Source: the human T2T-CHM13v2.0 reference genome, Homo sapiens. Taken from it: a DNA stretch of 64,000 nt. Positions within the stretch are counted from its first letter, which is position 1. The number at the start of each line of letters is the position of its first letter. The stretch is from the NCBI RefSeq assembly GCF_009914755.1, contig NC_060936.1. One strand, written 5' to 3'. Shown one piece after another: positions 53,313 through 64,000 of this stretch. The translations under genes and the position numbers were made by a program. A model generated the notes under the pieces. The model had not been told where the DNA came from. It did not search any database and saw only the letters and a program-made list of their open reading frames with translations.

Positions 53313-56211
53313 TCTTTCTCACTCCTCACATTGGCTCCCACCCTCCTCAACCATGGCCAGATGGCACCGAGGAGGAGACGCAGCCCCTGTCCTTGAAAGG
53401 TGTAAGGTGTGGCTGGGCAAACACCAGGCCAACCCATCCACAGGAAACCCCACGGGGCCAAGGCCCAGCAGAGTCCTCTCTGTTTTGGCACCAGAGACAA
53501 AGGATTGTTCCAAGGATTACAGAGAAGGAGCCAGGCTGGCTGGCTGGGAGGAGAAGGAGCAGGGAGAGGGGCTTCCTGGAGGGGTGGGCGTCACACTGAT
53601 AGACAAGAATGAGTGGACTGTTCCTGAGTTGCAGAGGGGCCAGATGACCCCCTTCAAGACTGAAGTGCTTCAGATAGCACTCCTACAGCAAGCTCAGATA
53701 GCACTCCTACAGCAAGCTCAGAGACAGGTCCAGCATCCTCCACCTTTCCAGTCCTGTCCAGGAGAAATGGGGTGGGCGGGGATCCAGGACATGAAGAAAG
53801 GCACGTAGCCTGCCTGCAGGCAGAGATGGGTGAAGAAAACTCCAGGGGCTGAGATCCTAACACTTCTGCTGAATTTTATCTCCCTCCTGTAATAGCCGCT
53901 CCAATGGTCCCATCCCAGCTGCACAGAGAGATATCCCTGGACAGAAGTCAAACAGCCACAGTGGAATAATCCCAGTGAGGTCACTTCCTCCATCCTTCTG
54001 TCTGCATTCTCTGAGGCCCCCAGGAAGCAGTGCAGGACTGCACTCTGGTGCTTTTATCTTCCCAGGACATGACTTCTGTGGGGGAGAGGGGCCAAGGCAG
54101 TGAGGCCTGGGACTGGGGGTCACAGGAGAGAAAGGAGACACTCTGGGGAACCTCTGTGGGTGGACTGAACCTCTGGGATGTCCCCATGGGCCCATAAGCT
54201 TCAGACCAGCCCCCTTGCTCTCAAATTATGGCCCACCCGCTTCTCCATTCCCCACACCCACTGTCCCGGGTTGGGCTGAGGTGCCAGCATGGAGAAGCCA
54301 CATGGCATGCAGTGTACGGAATCCTTCCCTGGACTGCGCCAGGCCCTCTGGCCCAGAAAGGTTCATCCTGTCCTGTGCTACCTGGGAGGCAGGGAGGGAC
54401 TCAGGTCCAAGCCCCACTGTGGACAGAGCCCTGGCCAAGCATAGACACAGGGCGTCAAGAATCCCAGGAGAGGGAGGGTCTCATGGCTCCCCAATCCCAC
54501 CCATCCTGCATCTTCATCAAGGTACTTCTGGGCCCCTTGAGACAGTGGCAGCAGCTGAAGGTGAGGAGTCAGGGGATAAGAGAGCATGAGACCTTCACCT
54601 CTCCACCCCGCACCTCTCTAATTTGCTTCCAGAATTATCTTTAAATCCACATTGTTGCCCTATCACGACTCCCCCCTGAAACACCTGTGATGGCCTCTCA
54701 TTGTTGAAAGCATAAAATCTGATCTTCCCCCTGCATTCCATCTCCCATATCCACCTCCCTACTCAAGTGCCCCGTCTGCCCTTCACTAAACCTACTGTTC
54801 CACCTGAACTAATCTCAAACAACGTTTCCCAAACTGCCTCCTGCCAGGAGTTCTCCCCACCCTTCCATGTCCTGCATCCCACGTTTTCCTCAAGGCTCAG
54901 TGCAAATCACGCCTCCTCCCTGAAGCCTTCCCCGTAACTCGGCTGCCACCCTCAGGCTGCCTGCCAATGCTGTCTCCTCCTCTGACACCTCTTATGAGCA
55001 CCACTCATCAAGATGGTCCCTTTAGTACTTGGCGTGCCTGGCCCCACATGTTGGCTGGCATTGTTTATTTGAATGAACATTGCCTTGGTACAATGATGGA
55101 GCCTGCTCTGTCCTCCTAGAAGAGACAGGAGAGAGAAGCCCATAGCAAGGGTCAAAAACTCCCAGCCTGAACCTGGGAGATGTCCATATACTGATGAAAT
55201 GAGAGGTTCCCCTCTGGGTTCCGATGCACAAGCCCTGTACCAGATGAGGGAGCCATAAGGGATGCAGACAGAGACTCAAAGACAGAGACAAGGGCTGAGG
55301 GAGGGGGGATGGAAAGAACTGGGGAGCCAAAGACTGCAGCGGGGAAAGAATGCAGTGTCCATCCTAAAAGAAGGAAAATGGAAGTTTCCCAGGGAGGAGG
55401 GTGCCTGATCTTATCTGCTGTTTACATTCCAGAGAGCCCCTGCTTCTGCTTCTCATCTTAATTAGAGAATACTTGAGAAGCCCTGCCGCCGTGCAGAGAG
55501 AAAGGAATGCAGGCCCCCACTAAACCCCAGCCTGCCCCCCTCACCCCTGACCTCCTGCTGGCTATGTGGTGGGACTGATGGGAGTCTGGGTTCTGGATCC
55601 ATTTTCTGTTTTCTGTTTTTTTGTCTACAGTGGGCTGATCCATTAAGCTGGATTCCTTGAGAGAGTATGTGAGAGGGTCTGGGAACTGTCAGGGCTCCAC
55701 TCCTGCAGGAAACAAACAAACAAACAAACAAACAAAATTAAAAAGTATTAGAAAGAGCCACTGAGAGGAACAGCTGAGATTCTCTCAGTCAGTCTGCCAT
55801 TCACCCCCTCAAACATCGCCCTCACTCCACCACCATAATGTCCAGGCAGGGTGCTGACACTTCACCGTTCACCTCCCACCCTGCCCCGGGCTGTCCTCCA
55901 AATGTGTGTCAGACACAGTGCTGGGGGACTTATACTTCTGTCATAGTCTCTGTCTTCAGTAGCATATGGTAAGAGCCAGGATCCGCTATTAAACATGCTG
56001 TGAGTGGGTAGAGACAAAGTCTTGTCTTGTAGGGTGAGCAGGCAGTGAGGTCAGAAAGGGCATCACAGGTAGAGGAAAAAGCATGGGCAGAGGTCTGGAA
56101 CCCAGTCCCTCTTCATACCACCCGCTGACCCTTTCCCCTCCCCCCCACATGAGATTTCTCTCCCTCTCTTCTCTCTTCTCTCCCTCAACAATTCCAGGGT
56201 TGCCCACCTGA

Positions 56212-58200
<1,989 letters not shown>

Positions 58201-59164
58201 TCTCAGCCGGGCTTGGTGGCTCACACCTGTAATCCCAGCCAAAGTGGGCGGATCACCTGAGGTCAGGAGTTCAAAACCAGCCTGGCCAATGTGGCAAAAC
58301 CCCATCTCTACCAAAAAAAAAAAAAAAAATTAGCCGGGCATGGTGGCAGGTGCCCATAGTCCCAGCTACTCAGGAGGCTGAGGCAGGAGAATCACTTGAA
58401 CCCAAGAGGCAGAGGGTGCAGTGAACCAAGATGGTGCCACTACTCTCCAGCCTGGGTGACAGAGCAAGACTCCATCTCAAAAAAATAAATAAATAAAAAT
58501 AAAAATAAATGTGTGCCAGGCCCAGTGGTCCCAGCTACTTGGGAGACTGAGGTGGGAGAATCTCTTGAGCCCAGAAGTTTGAGACCAGCCTGGGCAACAG
58601 AGCAAGACCACCTCTAAAAAATATATAAATAAATAATAAATAGATAAAACTAGATCTCATAATATCCCTCACCTACTTAAAACCCTTCCGTGACCCAGGA
58701 AGCATCCAGACTCCATGGCCAGTGCCCTGACTCTGTGTTCCAGCTCCTCTTTTTGCAGTCTCCCCTGCTGACCAGCCTCCAGCCACACCATTCACTCCAC
58801 ACACACACTCCTCCCTTAGCTCCCTCCCACCTCCTCATCAGCGATCTCTCCCTCACCTTCCGAGGCTCTGGCTAAATGCTCTGGTATACAGAAGGAGCTT
58901 GATGAGTATGGGGAAGGTATGGGAACAGAGGAAGGGAGGAAAAGCCATGGCGACAGGGTGACACTTATAGCAACAAGTTGTATGGTGAGGGGGGCAGGTT
59001 AAGGGATGAGGCTGCAGAGCTCCCTTGAACTATCCCTTTAAGCATTTTGTAATGACTCCTATCCCTTTAAGCATTTCATAGCAAGATCTGCACCTGTTTG
59101 AGTTATTCTGTTTTATTTCTGGCACTGCATCAATATAGCCATTTGTTTTATTAAATGACTCTGA

Positions 59165-59329
<165 letters not shown>

Positions 59330-59500
59330 TAGTAGAGGCAGGCTTTCACCAAGTTGGCCAGGCTGGTCTTGAACTCTTGACCTCAAGCCTCGGCCTCCCA
59401 AAGTGCTGAGATTACACATGTGAGCCACCACGTCCGGCACTGATGGCCTTTTTGACTTGGTGACTCCAGCTGTCCCTGAGAAAAGCAGTCTTGCCTCCCT

Positions 59501-59516
59501 CTGCCCCCTGGTGGCC
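59501..59516 (-). promoter_or_regulatory. Strong CTCF motif
   Basis: ctgccccctggtggcc = GGCCACCAGGGGGCAG on the - strand, an essentially consensus core. Confidence 0.7.
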
Positions 59517-60145
59517 TTCTAGGTGCAGAGACCATTGTTCCAGTCATCCTGGCTACTAGAATGGCTTTGATTTTCTGGCTTATAGCACCACCATTTGGCC
59601 AAATTTGCTAATAGGCGGCTGCTCCATCCACATTGACTTCCAATTTCTTTTCAACCTTCTCATTGGCAGAGTTCATGGAATCAGAGCCTCTTGGAGCTTA
59701 AACAACGTCAGTGGACGTAAGAGCTCTCCAGAGCCTCAAGCAAGCTTGCAGTTCATTCTGGAGGGCCATGCTAGCGGCACAGACAGAATGGCAGTGATCA
59801 TGGTGCAGGAGTCGAGGAACTGGCCCTGTGAATGTCAGGCATGTGTCCCCCTGGGTTTCCTGGTCCTTCCCTATTTGCCCTTGCCCTGACACACCTCTCA
59901 TCCTCCTTCATGCTGCCTCCTGCACAATGCTTCTCCAGATTGGCTCAGTCCTATTTACACAGTCTTTGATCTGGTGTTTATGTCTTTTTTTTTTTTTTTT
60001 GAGACTGGTCTCAAACTCCTGACCTTGTGATCCACCCGCCTCAGCCTCCCAAAGTGCTGGGATTACAGGTGTGGGCCACTATGCCCGACCTATGTCTTTA
60101 TTTTTTTTTTATTTTTTTTTTTTGAGACGGAATCTTGCTCTGTAG

Positions 60146-60295
<150 letters not shown>

Positions 60296-61095
60296 TAGGG
60301 TTTCACCGTGTTAGCCAGGATGGTCTCAATCTCCTGACCTCGTGATCCGCCCGCCTCGGCCTCCCAAAGTGCTGGGATTACAGGTGTGAGCCCCTGCACC
60401 CCCGCCCGACCTATGTCTTTATAATAATACCTAATATTTATATAATGCTTTGCAGTTTATGAACTATTTTATTTTATTTTTTATTTTTATTTTTTTGAGA
60501 CAGAGTCCCACTCTGTCACCCAGGCTGGAGTGCAGTGGCATGATCTTGGTTCACTGCAACCTCTGCCTCCAGGTTTCAAGTGATTCTCCTGCCTCAGCCT
60601 CCTGAGTAGCTGGGACCACAGGCACGTGCCACCACGCCCGGCTAATTTTTTGTATTTTTAGTACAGACAGGGTTTCACCATGTTAGCCAGGATGGTCTTG
60701 ATCTCCTGACCTCGTGATCCACCTGCCTCAGCCTCCCAAAGTGCTGGGATTACAGGCGTGAGCCACCAGGCCCAGCCTATGAACTCTTTTATACAGAACT
60801 ACCACTCTTCAAGTGCTTACTGTGTGGCAGGTACTGTGCTAAGGATTTGAAATAAATGATCCCTAAGCTTTCCAAGATAGGTAAGTATAAGTGGTCCCAT
60901 GTTATGAAAAAGGAAACTGCCAGGCGTGGTGGCTCACGCCTGTAATCCCAGCACTTTGGGAGGCTGAGGAGGGCGGATAACCTGAGGTCAGGAATTGGAG
61001 ACCAGCCTGGCCAACATGGCGAAACCCTATCTCTACTAAAAAAATACAAAAATTAGCCAGGCGTGGTGGCAGGTGCCTGTAATCCCAGCTTCTCA

Positions 61096-61281
<186 letters not shown>

Positions 61282-62144
61282 TCACAAAGTCAGGAGTTCG
61301 AGACCAGCCTGGCCAACACAGTGAAACCCCATCTCTACTAAAAATACAAAAATTTGCCAGGCATAGTGGCGCACACCTATAGTCCCAGCTACTCAGGAGA
61401 CGAGGCAGGAGAATCGCTTGAACCCAGGAGGCGGAGGTTGCAGTGAGTTGAGATCGCACCACTGCACTCCGGCCTGGGCAACAGAGTGAGACTCTGTCTC
61501 AAAAAAAAGAAAAAGGGAACTAGGGTTTCGGACAAGACCAAATGACATAGTAGAAAAAGCTTTGAAGTCAGACCAGATCCAAGTTTGAATTATTTATTTG
61601 TTGTTGAGTATCACAAACTGTCAGTTCACTCCCTGGATAAAAATTGCATGTGAACACCTCTAGCCAGGGCATGCACTCCTCAATCTTCCATAGTCTGCAC
61701 CACTCCCAGTGACCTACACCACTTCGCACACTTGCCTATCTGAACCCTGACAGTATTTGAATTTGAGACCCTTAAAAATATTATTCCACTTGATCTTTAA
61801 CAGGGGTTTGTAAGGAAGGCAGTAGCATAACAAAGGTAGGAGGGTAGGAGGATTCCACCCTGAGTCAGGCAAGAACGGATGTTTAGTCCGTAACGAATTT
61901 TATTTTATTTTATATTTTATCTATTTTATTTTATTTTATTTTTTGAGGCAGAGTCTCCCTCTGTCACCCAGGCTGGAGTGCAGTGGCAAAATCTTGGCTC
62001 ACTGTAACCTCTGCCTCCCCAGTTCAAGTGATTCTCCTGCCTCAGCCTCCTGAGTAGCTGGGATTACAGGTACATGCCACCATGCCTGGCTAGTTTTTTT
62101 TGTTTGTTTGTTTGTTTTTGTTTTTTTGGTTTTTTTTTTTTTGA

Positions 62145-62303
<159 letters not shown>

Positions 62304-63141
62304 TAGTAGAGACGGGGTTTCACCATGTTGAGCAGGCTGGTCTTGAACTCCCAACCTCAGGTATTCTGCCCGCCTTGGCCCCCCAAAGTGCTGGGAATAC
62401 AGGCATGAGCCATCGCACCAGCAGTTTTTGTATTTTAATTAGTATTATCAGTGAATTAATAATATCTGCCCTATGATTATAAAATTGAGCAGTATAAAGA
62501 TATACAATGAAAAGAAAGTCTTCCTCCTACCCAGCACCCAGCCCCACAACCCACTCCAGAGGCAACCATTATTTACAGTTTTTCAACGTATAGGTGGATA
62601 TCATTTTAACCTAATTTTACAAATGAGGAAACTGAGGCTTAGAGAGGTTGAGTGGCTGTCCTGAGATCACGGGCCTGATGGAGCTAACAGAGATGATATC
62701 AGATCTTGTCCTTGACACTGCATTGCCACCCTAACATCATCCTGCTTCACACATACATCCTGGGTATGCATCCTGGACTGAGAGTCCTCAGAGGGCAGGA
62801 GTTGCCCATGGAACCTGCTAGGGGCAGTAGTCAGCACTGGGCCACTGGGTGCTACAGCAGGAGGCCTGGGATCTGCACCATGATTAAGCTGCTGTGTGAT
62901 GTTGAGCAAATCTCTTGATTTCCTCACTTGCCTTTCTTTCTCACTAGGCTATATTGAGATTTAAACAAGCCAAGTAGAAAGATGATTGGAGAGTAAAGAT
63001 GTCATACAGATTCAAGGAGGGGTGAGGACAGATATTTAGTATAGGGTTAACTTTGTACTTTCCTTGGAGCACACGTGTCCATGTTCAGATACTTTACAGA
63101 TACTTTAACTTGAGCACATGCGTCCTTGTTCAGTTCCTTGA

Positions 63142-63366
<225 letters not shown>

Positions 63367-64000
63367 TAGCCAGGGTGGTCTCAATCTCCTGACCTCGTGA
63401 TCCACCCGCCTCAGTCTCCCAAAGTGCTGGGATTACAGGCGTGAGCCACCGCGCCCAGTGCCTTTCTTTCTTTTTTTAGACAGGGTCTCGCTCTGTCACC
63501 CTTGCTGTAGTGCAGTGGCACAGTCACCACTCACTGCACACTTGACATCCCAGGGCCAAATGATCCTCCCACCTCAGCCTCCTGAGTAGCTGAGACTACA
63601 GGTGTGCACCACCACACCAAACTAATTTTTTATTTTTTGTAGACATGGAATCTCACCATATTTCCCAGGCTGGTCTCAAACTCCTGGGCTCAAGGGATCC
63701 TCCCCCTTGGCCTCCCAAAGCACCGGGACCACAGGCATATGCCACCATGCCTAGCTAATTTGTTTTTGTTCGTTGGTTGGTTTCTGTAGAGATTGGGATC
63801 TCACTATGGCTGGTCTCAAATTCCTGAGTTCAAACCATACTCCTGCCTTGGCCTCCAAAAGCACTGGGACTACAGGTGTGAACCACTGTGCCCGGCCTTC
63901 TGCCTCTCTTCTTTTTTGTGTGTGTATCGGGGTTTCGCTCTTGTTGCCCAAGCTGGAGTGCAATGGTACGATCTCAGCTTACTGCAACCTCGCCTCCCAG

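Noticed and set aside
53041-53808. 255-aa ORF
   Set aside because: Held open by (TC)n/(TG)n microsatellites and a 24-bp duplication; no homology, no splice or promoter support

Overview
Primate (almost certainly human) genomic DNA, very Alu-dense, from the KRT8/KRT18 end of the 12q13 keratin cluster. The only complete gene is KRT18 on the + strand: 7 coding exons, ATG 27733 to TAA 31401, 1293 nt = 430 aa. It has a GC-AG intron 3, a CpG-island/TATA promoter, an ETS/AP-1 enhancer in intron 1 and AATAAA at 31441. On the - strand there is a 38-nt coding exon (5000-5037, MNGVSWSQDLQEG) that I recognise as the start of the N-terminally extended KRT8 isoform. Two strong - strand splice donors lie inside KRT18 exon 1 and intron 1, consistent with overlapping antisense KRT8 5' exons. 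The rest is roughly 100 Alus and Alu fragments, a shredded old L1, L2/MIR/MLT1/MER5 relics and microsatellites. Nearly all ORF-track entries are Alu or microsatellite artefacts. I found no convincing new gene system. The most unusual unexplained signals are: (i) a 164-aa overlapping out-of-frame ORF opened by the upstream KRT18 exon; (ii) the KRT8 extension exon lying in an antisense L2, with its ATG inside a palindrome; (iii) an ~85-bp non-Alu inverted repeat at 3664-4120; (iv) a complex templated insertion just 3' of KRT18 that copies the KRT18 3' end without its AATAAA, plus an inverted copy of sequence 2.5 kb away; (v) an orphan CpG island at ~43.6-44.3 kb. Repeat boundaries and subfamilies were read by eye and are approximate.
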